From positions 17,114,001 to 17,178,000 of the forward strand of contig CM119372.1 of NCBI GenBank assembly GCA_051294905.1: a stretch of DNA of 64,000 nucleotides, in the 5' to 3' direction. This document shows positions 49,601 to 61,562 of this stretch, one piece after another. A model generated the notes under the pieces. It was not told where the DNA came from. It searched no databases and worked only from the letters and a program-made list of their open reading frames with translations. The position numbers and the translations under genes were made by a program. How positions within the stretch are numbered: position 1 is the stretch's first letter; each line of letters begins with the position of its first letter. Source of the DNA: Botryllus schlosseri. Its lineage: Eukaryota.

Positions 49601-52600
49601 CAGACGGTGCTGAGATGATCTGGAACGATTGACAATCAGTTCAGGCCACAACATTTATTGAAATATGAAGATCAATTTTGCGATTTTACATAACTACTTA
49701 GTGCTTGGCGATCATACCATAGTGTCCTACAATCAGAGGTGGCCAGTAACGAAGTACTTCTACTTTTTCGAAGTACTCAAGTAGTTTTGCTCTACTTCTG
49801 GTACTTACTCAAGTAGATCTGATTTTCTCTACTTCTACTTCTACTTCGTAATATTTTGTGATCGGCTTACTTTTCGCTATTTTCAGTTTGTCAAGTAGAA
49901 GTAGTTTAATCCTCCAATCAGGAAGATAGCCTGAGGAATTTGGGGGCTGTTTTCGCGGAGTATCAACATCTAATTTTCATAAAAGTTGAGTAAAGCCCAG
50001 AATTTTCGTCGCGCTTCGTGCGCAGTGGATACGGAGTAACCAGTGTGATTTCACCAAAGTATCGGTGAGAAATATTTCATCACAGTATATCTGGCTCACC
50101 ATAACGTTCGAAACTGATGTTTTGCAATCTAGCATTTATCATATCGTATAATCTAGCAGTCCATGGCGTGTCCTAATCTGGAAAAGTGGACTCTGGCCTT
50201 TTTTTTTAGTTTTAGAACTGTTTTAGCATACCACCTTTGGTAACTTCTTGACATGAAATACATTTTCCGCTATTAGAAGTAGTATTTATATTTCACTTTC
50301 AATTCCCAGTATCATATACTTTTAGTTCTAATTAATATCAGTTCTGTTGTCTGGATAACATACATGTTGAAGTATAAGAGCAAGTGTAGTAATGCCTTTA
50401 ATTTCCGGAAATAAAGCTACCCAATATGGCATTTTTACGATCCACCATATTTTTTTTATCAACGTTTACTGATCGCACAAGGTGTTTACACCGTATCCTA
50501 TACAACTTCTCCGTATTGCTCTATGACTAAACTGTGGGCCTTATAATATACGGGAGGGCGCGATACCATGATATTTTCTAAAACTCGCTGTTCGAGTATA
50601 CAGAGGATTAGTATCGCATTTTCATATCAATACTAGCATTTTCATCCAATTATGCGGACGAATGCTTATGCGGTCGAAAATTGGATACCTCCTGGTATGC
50701 ATCAATATGAATCAAGATCGGAACCATGACTCAATTACACCTTTTGACAATCCATGCGAACGAATTACGATAGTTTTCATAACTACTTACTTACTTATGT
50801 AGATTCGAAGTCGGTCAATTCTACTTCTACTTCCAGTAGTTTTGGTTTGCTTATGGAAAAAGTACTTCTACTCGTACTTGAGTAAATTTTTTCGTCGCTA
50901 CTTCTACTTCTACTTGAGTAGCTTTCTTGACTACTTTGACCACCTCTGCCTACAATGCTGTAGACACAACCAAATCGCACGCTCACTGCGATTGGGTGCC
51001 GTTACACTTTCCATTTGGCCAAAGGCAATTTTCCGGTAATTTTTCACCGTCTTGCCGAGCGCTAAATTCAATAAAATGGGTATCAATCGAAGGTTGCGGC
51101 TGTACTGATCACGAAAATATAAATTTCATTCCGCTCGTGGCCTTGAAACCCCCGAAAATAGGACTTTTTTTATTGGGGGGGGGGGTATCTAGGACCAGGA
51201 GCAGAATATAATTTATATTGTAGTAATCGGTACCGCGGTGGCTTTAAATTGATACTAATTATCTCAAATTTCGTGAAAGTGTCCTCGGAGGACGCCTAAA
51301 TGTTCTCTTTTTTGGGAATGTGTCCTCTTTTTCTCTGAAAAAGGACTAAAATGCTGCGAAGACTCCGACGCAGCGAAAGTCATAGTTTCGTAAAAAATCG
51401 AGTAAATCGAGACCCTAGTCAAAGTGAGACTTTTTTATTTTGCTTTTGTTTTAGTCAACACAGCGCTATCGGTCGGAAATTTGTCAAAATCGCCAGTTTT
51501 CTTGGAGCTTTCAGAATTCGCAAAAAGCGTCCTCTTTTTAGGATCTCAATTATGGTAACCCTACTTTGGTCGAATGGAAATAATGACGTAACCCAATCGC
51601 AATGAGCCGTGAGATTTGCTTGTGTTCACACCCTGCTATACTACTTTCACCGTCCATGTCGTGACGATGTAGTGATGTAGTCTTTGCTTCGTATATATCC
51701 ATTTTGAATATCATCAGTCGTGGACTCGTGGTCACAAGTAATCATCTTTGATACTCAAGCAGAAGTAGAGTGAGATCGTCAATTTCTGCTCAAATACAAG
51801 TGGAAATTGCGATTTCCAAGTAACTAAAAACTTAGTGTTCTAGGCTTAGTTTTGCCGACAAAACTGAAATCTGTCGAGTAAAAGGGGAAGAGTATAAAAT
51901 CATAACTTGAGCAAGTAGTGCAAGTGGGCAAAACCTACTTGAGTACTCCCGAAATATTAGTACTTCATTACCGGCCTCCTGTGTTGATTATACATTAACG
52001 CGAATGACGATATGAGTAAATTTCGATTCCGGATGGTCAATCTAGGCCAGTGGTTCCCAACCTTTTTCGGTGGCAGGGCCAAATTTAGAATTTCAGAGTA
52101 CGGTCGGGGCCGCACGAATACCAGGGCAATGAAAGGAACCCAAAATAGCCACCAAATATGAAAATTCGCATTGTTCCGATCATTCGCTTGACGCCATTGG
52201 CCATTGTGTTGCCGCGCTCCCGTTGTTCAGAACAATCAACCTTTGCTGGCTATTTCGGAGTAGTTTTATTGCCCTGGCGAGATTTCAATTCGTATTTTTG
52301 GAATCAATGCGGCACCTCCTTTCGATAAACACCGTCATATCAAATTATTTTGACGCTGTGGTCGCGAGCTATAGGACTACCAATTATGCTGTTTTTGCCG
52401 GCTAAGCGGTAAGCATCTCGGCGTATTTAATCGTGAGTCACTTGTTGCACATCTATCCGTAAATTAGTTATCAATACCCAGGGCCGTAACAGCACTTCGT
52501 CAGCCACCCCCTCCCCAAACGTTGCTCTTGGCCCCCTCAGGCTAGATGGCTGTTTACCGCTATTTATCATCTAAATCAGGTGTCCGTTTCAGGCAGCTTC

Positions 52601-55222
52601 TCTAACCGCGCGAAGCGCTAAAAATTTCTATAATGCATGATTGAATCGGTCAATATAATCGGGAATTGAAAATATTTTGGTATCAATTTTTATCCTCTCT
52701 CTCCTCACGTAGTCAGATTCACCGGTTGAGCCGAGTGAGTTGTGTTTGAAAAGGTAGGACCACTCAATAATAATTAAACATCTTCGGGCGTATACCCGTT
52801 GGCAGGAACGAAACAGCACTTCGTCAGGCCCCTCAAAACACTTAGGTCTTGAGCTCCCATAGGGTGATAAACCGATCCCCCGTCCCGTTGTTCGCTTCTG
52901 CCACGAAATCAGGATCACCGTATAGTGAGCCAGCGTGGAGCGCGAAAATTTTCGATAATTCGAAATAAAATAGGTCAATAAGATCGGGAATTGCATATAT
53001 ATTGCTATCAATTACTTGTCCTCTCTGCTCACGTAATTAGATTTACCGGTAGAGCTGAGTGAGGTGTCTTGGAAACTGTAGGGCCCGTAAATAATAATGA
53101 AACATATTCGGACGGGCGGACCCGTTGGTACGACTTCGTTACATGATGTTATTTCGTGACCTCCAGTCTGCTATATATCAAAAAATATTGAAGCGCCCAA
53201 ACGTACTAAACTAAAAGATGCACACGATTTCAAATTGGTAGTTCTTCACTGGCATATAATTCTTCCCTGCGGGATGGTAGCCTATTTGTTTCGTGCGGTT
53301 CAGATTGCCAAGACAGGAATATTCGGCGCTTGTCATTTAAGCGCCTATGGTCAATTATACCCATATGTATTTTGTATATACATAACGAAGTTTCCGGTCA
53401 GCGTAAGGGCAGTCCTTTTCGGCCAAGGTTTTCTCGCTGTCGATCGTTCTGGCACACTTCTTGGAGTCGCATGTTATATGGCCTAAAACTTTATATGTCT
53501 TCGTGCGTCGTGACGCGGTAATGGCAAACGCCGATATGCCCACTTCTATAAATCTTGCGTATTTTATCTTGGTGGAAGAGTATCCAATAATGCAGGTACT
53601 TGGAAACTTGAAATCGCGACCAGCGCGAAAAAAATTTGAAAAAGTTGCATAAAATTTCATAAAATACTCTATAATTCATGCTAATTCACAAAATAATTTT
53701 GGGCCCCCTTCGAGCTCGTTCCCCCAATTGGGGGACTTGGGGTGTGGCAGTTAAGGTCCTGTCAATACCTATATCTATAGGTACTGCTCGTTCAACTGGA
53801 CGGAAAGTTCTGGGGAAAGTTGCATTGAAACAGCAGTGACGTAATCTTAGCAGTCTACTCACAACTTTCCTGCAATCCTAATTGAAAACTCCAGACTCCA
53901 AACCAAGCAAGAGTATTTTATAAATATTTTTTTTTCATAAATAGATTTCTCAATATTTTTGTGGGGGTCGCAGAAAGGCTAGCTGGGGGCCGCGGTTGGG
54001 AATCACTGATCTAGGCTATTAAATCGATTCTTTCCCTCGGCGTCTACAGCCTAGCGATTAATTCTTAATCTTGTCATTAAAATACATTCCACTTTTATCG
54101 GACCACAGGCTGAGAAAAGACGATGTCCTGCTTATGCCGTACCAATTGACGCATTCCGATCCTGAGATCTACGAAAATCCCGCAGAATTTCGTCACGATC
54201 GGTTCTTGACTGAGGCCGGTGCTTCTAAAGACTTCTTCAAAAAGTGCGTCAAAGTGCACGGTTATTTGAAGCCATTCGGAGACGGGCCAAGGTACGTCGT
54301 ACAAGAATGCACCAGTTCTTGTTGTAATTTACAATAGACGAGACATAGCCTAGTATTCTAATCCCGCGTCTCAGAGATAGAGTCATATTCTATTCGCTTA
54401 CGCGGGAAGAAAACTCGAGAGATATATTAGCAGTCATGTTGACTTCACTACAACATGCCATGTCACACTAGCACACCGCACTGAGAACATGAGCAACTTT
54501 CGACGCCATACCCGAAAGCCATAAATATTATAAGGGACAGAAGTCACGAATTAGTATAAATGTGAAATATTGCTCACTTGAGGTATTATTTTGAAGTATT
54601 TCGTACTAGAAATCTCAACGTTTGTTAGAAATGTGCTGGATAATACAGCCATTTTTCAGAATGGATGAAACCGTCTGGCGGGCCCGATGCGGCCCGCGGG
54701 CCGTATGTTTGACACCCCTGGGTTAGATAGCGTGGAACAGAATTTCGTCGGCTATCGGACAGTCGACGAGAACGTTCAGTCCACTTTCAAGTCAAAATAG
54801 AGGCTGATTCTGCTGAATAAATACGAGTGTGCCATCGAGATTACCAGACCTCCTTTCGCGGCATGGCCCATAGCATGAGACTTGACAAATGAAGTAACTT
54901 CTGGACTTTTATAGGGCTTGGAAGCGTGAACAGGAAAATAAAAATTACTGAAATTCATATTCAAATACTATTATAAATCGGAAATCTATGAAAATCGGAT
55001 GAGTAGCATATTTTATATTTCAGCTTGTGCCCTGGTCGCCACTGGGCGCAGTTGATGATTAAAAGAGCCTTCATCGCGATGCTTGAAAATTTCGACATCA
55101 GGTTATCCGATGTGAGCATATCGACACCGACCATCGACCGGTTTGGATTTGGCATTCTACATCCGAATGTGGACGAAAATGTACTTTTGAGGACTAATCG
55201 AACAGATTCTTACTGTACCTAG
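40687..55222 (+). CDS. Cytochrome P450 of the CYP7 clan (CYP7A/7B/8-like sterol hydroxylase), 10 exons, ~495 aa
   Basis: Exons 40687-40846, 40913-40999, 43052-43224, 46365-46507, 46573-46684, 47420-47575, 47634-47802, 47867-47972, 54109-54291 and 55024-55222. All GT-AG, 1488 nt in frame. Signal anchor, EPPLIKGWIPWIGCGLDF, I-helix LWASLSNSVTTLFW, ExxR (ETMR), HSDPEIYENPAEFRHDRF and heme motif PFGDGPSLCPGR. The start could be a slightly later ATG; exact orthology not determinable here. Confidence 0.92.
42078..42587. mobile_element. hAT MITE family C in CYP intron 2
   Basis: TIRs tagggctgggca...tgcccagcccta; perfect TSD gtcacaag. Confidence 0.92.
44630..45978 (+). mobile_element. hAT-Blackjack deletion derivative with transposase N-terminal zinc-finger remnant
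   Basis: TIRs cagggttgccat...atggcaaccctg; perfect TSD tctatata; gtccttattt subterminal repeats. Peptide HCNMCNCDINLDAIGKTAISTRIHTTKH (~45250-45340) is BED-finger-like. Confidence 0.88.
48061..49405. mobile_element. hAT MITE family A in CYP intron 8, containing a LINE stub
   Basis: TIRs cagtgttgggat...atcccaacactg; perfect TSD ctacgtta. Confidence 0.93.
48756..49101 (-). mobile_element. 5'-truncated CR1/L2-type LINE (ORF2 C-terminus plus 3'UTR)
   Basis: Absent from the sibling MITE at 28457. The minus strand encodes PAIRQSTSMSTFKSKYKQLLLNKY, typical of an ORF2 tail, and ends aataaaccaa(tga)n. Confidence 0.8.
49734..50948. mobile_element. hAT MITE family B (cagaggtgg TIR, tacttc repeats)
   Basis: TIRs cagaggtggcca...tgaccacctctg; perfect TSD cctacaat; colinear with the 59865 copy. 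Confidence 0.93.
52048..54008. mobile_element. hAT-Charlie (MER5-like) element hosting a nested hAT
   Basis: TIRs cagtggttcccaacc...ggttgggaatcactg; perfect TSD atctaggc. Confidence 0.9.
52479..53761. mobile_element. Nested hAT (Ac/Tip100-like termini) deletion derivative
   Basis: Termini cagggccgtaac...gttaaggtcctg; perfect TSD tcaatacc. Confidence 0.82.
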
Positions 55223-55405
55223 ATGTATGTCTTTCGTACTACCCGAAATGGAGCTGATTTGTACTTTTATCAATGAAATATCCACGTTTTATTGTTTAGC
55301 GATTGATATTAAAATACGCTGTGATGCCGTTATCCATCTTTTCACTTTATCATTCCTTTATTGTAGTTTGTTTTTATTTGTGAGTTATTAATTCTTTCAG
55401 TGCAC

Positions 55406-55411
55406 AATAAA
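55406..55411 (+). promoter_or_regulatory. Candidate CYP polyadenylation signal
   Basis: AATAAA ~185 nt after the stop codon (an ATTAAA also occurs near 55308). Confidence 0.45.
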
Positions 55412-56299
55412 TTCTATAGACAATTGCCGACCAAAATTGTAATACCGGAATCACAACAGCCGCCGGTTAACCCTTTTGAAATCTGGTCAGTTTTCGCAAA
55501 ACTGACCATCACATTTCAAATTCATACCGTGACCTCAGCAAGACTTAAATCTGGGCTGTTTGAGTTTAAAAGTGGGCGGACTATATCCCTCTACCGTTTC
55601 CGTTCTCGATCGACACCCCAAGACATGTCTAGGTTTTTTTATAAGACTACATAAACAAATTTTTTCTCTAACAAATCTCTTTCGTTCTCATTTTTCAAGA
55701 CTGACCCCTCAGGATGGCGTCAGAGAGTCAAAATTGATGCATCAGTGTGTAGCCACCGTTGCCTGGTTTCGAACAAGCCGTCAACCATGGCCGTAAACCG
55801 CGCGGTTCGCCAGATATCGAAAAATCAAAAATACCTGAAAAATTTACATATGGGCGTGGTCAGTGAGTGGTCATAATGGTCAAGTTCAATATCAATACCG
55901 CGACGCGATCGCTCTTCAAATGGACTTCCTTCTATTACTCGTCGCTCCAGAGCTGAGGCATCGTTTCTCTTCGACGACATTGTTCGTCACTATGCAAAAT
56001 TCGATTCTGAATTTGGGGGTTCCAGACCCATGAGCAGAATAAAATATATATTTTCGTAACGCAGTACAGCTTTCGATTGATATCTGCTCTATCAAATTTC
56101 CAGTTCTGCAAGGAAACTGGAAACCAGACCAAATATTGCCATGATCCTCCTTGGAGATGACAAGAACATTCGAGCGATAAGTTATTAGTGTCTCACCGAC
56201 CCTGATGCAATTGTAGTTCATGGTGGCGAATAAACCGTTTTCGCCGACATTATTTTACGCCACATCCCAGGAGGTATACCCGACTTTAATCTGCTCTCT

Positions 56300-56975
56300 G
56301 CATAATCAATTAATCATCATATTGAAAACGTGAAAATTTTCAAATACGTTGCATGTATCATTCACTGTAACGAAAGGAATGTGGGAATATCAGAAATCAA
56401 CAATAGGATCAGCTCGGCTCATGCAGCTTTCCAAACCCATAAATACCTGCTTCGAAACTTCAGAAGTTGGATTGGCACAAGAATAAAATTTTTGAATGCC
56501 TTTATGAGAAGTTGACTCACATCTGGCTGCAGTGTATGGTCTCTTTCGGAAAATCAAAGAAACGTCCTGGATGTCTGCTACAGACAATTTTTGCGAAAAA
56601 TGGTACATGGAGGCTACACTCGAAAGGGAACCGATCACGCCTTCAAAATTAGCAATCAGAATCTTCATAGAATCTGTCGCACTGAAGACCTCTCATCATC
56701 AACAAGCTAAATGTCTTGCACACATAATTAGAAAACCTAATGACAGTGTCGTGAAGTCAATAAAGTTTGAAGATGAAAGGAGAACGAAAAAAGGAAGACC
56801 CTCTGCAACACTGATGAACAATGTCCTCAATCGGAACGATACCGACATCAGGACATTCGCAAAGGCAGCACTTTCACGGGAAATTTAATTAATAATTCAA
56901 ATCTTTGATGCTCTCTTTTTTGATGGGTACTTCCATCACCTCGGTGATGGTGCTCTTAGTCTGAACGCAGACAGA
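56300..56975 (+). mobile_element. 5'-truncated, frameshifted RTE-clade LINE
   Basis: Translation IENVKIFKYVACII..EINNRISSAHAAF..TRIKFLNAFMRS*LTSGCSVW..FLRKM..ISNQNLHR, then a frameshift to AHIIRKP..KGRP. This matches the FKYLG / EI..RI..A..AF / YG..W / GH..R pattern of RTE ORF C-termini. Confidence 0.82.
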
Positions 56976-56983
56976 GCTAGACC

Positions 56984-59108
56984 CATAGGCGCCGACTTAC
57001 GAGGTTACGAGGTGGCGGCCACCTCGTACAAAATGCTCAAACGCCCAAGTGATTTGTGACCAGTAATTAGTAATCAGGCGAATTGATGCGACCTCGTTAG
57101 AGACGTCTTCGATTTCGATACGCGCCTGTGCCAGGCTTGTAGCCACGGTGGTTTCGGGGGTCGAGCTTCCCTGTTTAAAACACGAAACCCCGTCATTTTG
57201 AAATGATTATTCCAACTCTAATAACCAGTTGCAATTCAATAATTGTGTTATCAGTGTTCCGCGCGGCTGATTAGCGAGAAGAATCTGTTATGATCTCCCG
57301 TTGAGATGGTCACGAAATTAGGTCATTCATTCCCGTGCGCGTGGCAATCGTCGCTAGCCTGATTTATCGCGTCTCGAACAAGCATGGTTCCGCAGGCTGG
57401 AACAATCGCATCTGCAGTAGGCCCAGTTCACACTATATCATCGCTTGCCTGCGCAATCACATCTGCATTGGCGGCTTCGGCCTGGTGTGCGCGATATCAT
57501 CGCTGGTCTACACAATACCATCGTCAATAGGCCTGGTGTGAAAGATATCATTGCTAAGCGCGCGTACTTAATTGTTCGACGCATTGATAAGCACACGATA
57601 TCATCGGTTGACCTACGTCCTACAAGATCGCATCTGCAATAGGCCTAATACGAGGATATATCAATAGATCATCGCTAGCCTAACTCCATCGCTAGCCTAA
57701 CTATCGCGTCTCGGGCCTAGCATGGTTTGGCTCCTATCTCTCGATGGCTTGGACACCATGCCGTTGATTGTATGCTGATTAGCGATTGTGATTAAAGAGT
57801 AACATCGCGAAACTGAAATACATCGAATGTCCGAAAACATGTGCGATGCGTGCGTAATATATTTCCGCTAATACTTAAACATAAATATCAGAATATGTGT
57901 ATCAACTTGACTTATAAAAGAGGACAGGCTAAAAGCACGGGAACTCGGCGTCAATATGTCACATATTCCCTAAAAACTCGGACATTTCGACTTGCGCAAA
58001 TAGTCGACGAGGCTGCGTAAGACGCGTTGATGAGCGCGTATTTAACTGCTCGACGCTTTGATAAGCGCGGGTATTTAATTGTTGACGACAGATCAGGGAG
58101 TCGCTAATTAACAGCACTTCCGGACTCGTGGACAAGCTTATCAAACGCGTATAATCGCGAACACGAGGAGATTGTATAATGTATATTCGTCATTTACGCA
58201 TGTATTTAACCCTAATGAATTGACGCTATATTAGTAAATTCGCAAAACATCGAAACCCCGCCCTTTTATTTTAAAACCCCTTCCTTATTTTTCGGCTGGC
58301 TACGCGCCTGGCTTCAATACCGATATAATGAGAAAACAATTGTCGCGACGAAAGCTACTCAATACGGTGTCAGACTCAAAACCCATTCGTGGCGATACTG
58401 ATTAGAATACACGCTTTCTCGTTTGTCATTATCCAAATTTGAATTAGAAGGAAATTTGTGCAGCCGTCAACACGTAATTCAATTGGTATGTGTTGGCGGC
58501 TGTCGGCATGCAAATCGAATTTACGAATTGACCGATGTACTCCCGAAATGCTTTTCGAACTTAAATCGGCAAATGCACCAATGCCGCCCAAATCGCTCTT
58601 TTAATCTTCAAATAATTGCCGCGATGCGAGTTGGTCAACGCGAAGCAAGCCAAGAAACCGCAAGATACAATTACTGATTGGGTACGCGCTTTCGCGTTTG
58701 TAATCATCATTATTGTCTGTTTGAAATATTCGACAGTTGTCTTGTGTTACTTGGCAGGCCAGTGCGTAGACGGCGCGTTGCGCTGAATAACATTGATGCA
58801 ATTCCAGATTCTCAGTGACGTAAATTCTGATTTTTGTTTGATGCATTCCGTGGGACGGACTGTTAGCGCTGGCCGCAGTTACACTTTCGAATGATCATAC
58901 CGTTTTAAGATTCCATTTACTAACTCGACTGCATGGTTTGATATTAATGAGTGCAGGGCCGGTATTACACGAATGGTTTAACACTGCACGTACACCAGCG
59001 GCATGTAGTAAAGTGCGTTTTAGTGCAACGATGACGTCATCGATATGGAACAATTATGATGTCACAAGACTTCGCCACCTCGTAAAAAAATAAAAGTCGG
59101 CGCCTATG
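56984..59108. mobile_element. hAT-like non-autonomous element related to the 34993 element
   Basis: TIRs cataggcgccgact...agtcggcgcctatg; perfect TSD gctagacc. Confidence 0.9.
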
Positions 59109-59864
59109 GCTAGACCTATATATATATATATACATCTTACCAATATGGTCAATGATATACAAATAGATATGCAAGGGAGTGCCTTGCGAATGAGATCGTA
59201 GCCAAAATCGTACAAACTACCAATTTAGTTAGTTGACGGACAACAAACTAGCAGTTTTTTGAATAGTTCAAGTTGCGGATTTTGAAAAGTGAGCAGGTCT
59301 AGTTCTAGTTAACTGATTTTGAAAAGGGAGTAGTTCTAGTTGCGGATATCCAAAAGTACGTAGTTATAGTTATAGTTGCAGATTGTGAAAAGTCAGTAGT
59401 CATAGCTATAGTCGCTAATTTGAAAGAAATAGCAGTTGCCGAACAACTAGACAACACATGTTGCCGATTTGCGTGAATCGTAATACCAGGGGTCGAAACT
59501 ACTCCCATTTAAGACTCGAGACCGGGTTTTTTAAATGTCAGTTCTATGTCGGATATTTCCAAAACAAAATGAAAATTAATGTGTTGCCTCGTAGAATAAA
59601 ATGTAGTTCAGTGTGGTCCATAGCCTTCAATCTGCAAACCTTTTCGGGGAACGCCTAATTTTTCTTGAGTCAAGAAAATAAAAACTATAGCACATTACAC
59701 AGCTATAACTATGCACCTAAAACATTTTGTGCGCAAAATTAATTGCGCATCAGCAGAGTGCTGATAAACGAGAATCCTTAAACCATGATTTTCACAGAGG
59801 ATTCGCATTGGAAAATAAAGCGCCATCGTGGTGTTTGGTCTAAAGCAACAGTGCGATATAAATT

Positions 59865-61068
59865 CAGAGGTGGTCAGTAACGAAGTACTTCTACTTTTCC
59901 GAAGTACTCAAGTAGTTTTCCTCTACTTCTGGTACTCAATCAAGTAGATCTCCTTTTCGCTACTTCTACTTCTACTTCGTAATATTTTGTGAAATACTTA
60001 CTTACTTTTCGCTATTTTCAGTTTGTCAAGTAGAAGTAGTTTAATCCCCCAATAAGAAAGATCGCCTAAGGAATTTCGGCCTGTTTTCACGTATAGTACC
60101 AACATTTAATTTTCATAAAAGTCATGTAATAGGCTACCCAGAATTATGGAGTGACAAATATGTTTTAACGAAAGTATCGCTGAATATAATTTAGATACCG
60201 GGTTGCGTTGTTCCGTTCACATCGCATTGTTGCCTATATCAAATATTTCATCACAGTAAGTATGACTCCCCATAACGTTTGAAACTACCGTTTCGCAATC
60301 TAGCAATTACCTATTACACCTAGCGACCCATGACGTGTCCTAATCTGGAAAAGTGGAGTATATGACATGAACTATATTTTCCGCTTTTTAGAAGTAGTAT
60401 TTGTATTTTTTCTTTCAATTACAAGTATTATACGTTGAGTTCTAATTATAGTTTCAGTTCTTTTGTCTGGAGAACATACATGTGAAAGTATAAAAGCAAG
60501 TGTCGTATTGCCTGATATTTTCCCAAAATAAAGCTATACGCAATATGACATTTTTACGATCTGCCATATTTTAAATAACGGATACTAATCACGCAAAGTG
60601 TTAAAGCCGTATCCGACACAACTCCTCCGTATTGCTCTTCGACTGAACTAGGGTCCTTATAATAGGGGCGAGCGCGCCATGCCATAATATTCTCCAAAAC
60701 GGGTGTACGAGTAAACAAAGGATTAGTATAGCATTTCCATATCACTAATATTATTTACATCCCATGATGTGGACGACTGCTTAGTGCTTATTCTGTCAAA
60801 AATTGACACCTCCTGGAATGCATCCTGGAATACATCTTCCGCGTAGCTCCATTTGCAGCTTTTGACAGTCCATGCGAACGAATTACGATCGTTTTTAAAA
60901 CTACTTACTTACTTGAGTACATTTAAAGTCAGTCAATTCTACTTCTACCTCAAGTAGTTTTAGGTTGCTAATAAAAGAAGTACTTCTACTCGTACTTGAG
61001 TAGATTTTTCCGTCACTATACTTCTACTTCTACTTGAGTAGTTTCCTTGACTACTTTGACCACCTCTG
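59865..61068. mobile_element. hAT MITE family B
   Basis: TIRs cagaggtggtca...tgaccacctctg; perfect TSD tataaatt. Confidence 0.93.
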
Positions 61069-61562
61069 TATAAATTGCCTGATTGCAGAGCGAGATAGTA
61101 TATATCGGAGATAGCATCGGCATTTCAGAAAGACGGGGGTTCGATTTCGAACTGCAAACGTTCGAGCCTAATTGCCTGCAACCAATGATGGCCAAAACGG
61201 GCGTGACATCACAAATCCTATATATTGTTTTAGTTTGTGTTGCGACCTACAGGGATCCCTGAGACTGCCCCACGGAACCCCTGGGATTTCCGGGAAGCCC
61301 GGTCACGAATCACTAATTTAGTACGTTGTGTTTTAGTTAGTTGCGGATTTTTAAAGTCGTTGGTTCTAGTTCCAGTTGCGAGTTTTAAAATGTGAGTAGT
61401 TCTAGTTCTAGTTGCGGATTTTGAAAAGGGTGTAGTTCATTCATCAGTAACCATTTGCTGTCGCGGAGCGCTAAAGCTCTACTTGCGGGCAGCTCTAAAT
61501 GACAGGAAAACATGTCGGCTAGCATGCCTCGCATGCATTTTCTACAATATTTCTCGTAAAGG

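Noticed and set aside
55467..56290. piggyBac-like element starting ttaa|ccct
   Set aside because: No matching right terminus was found.
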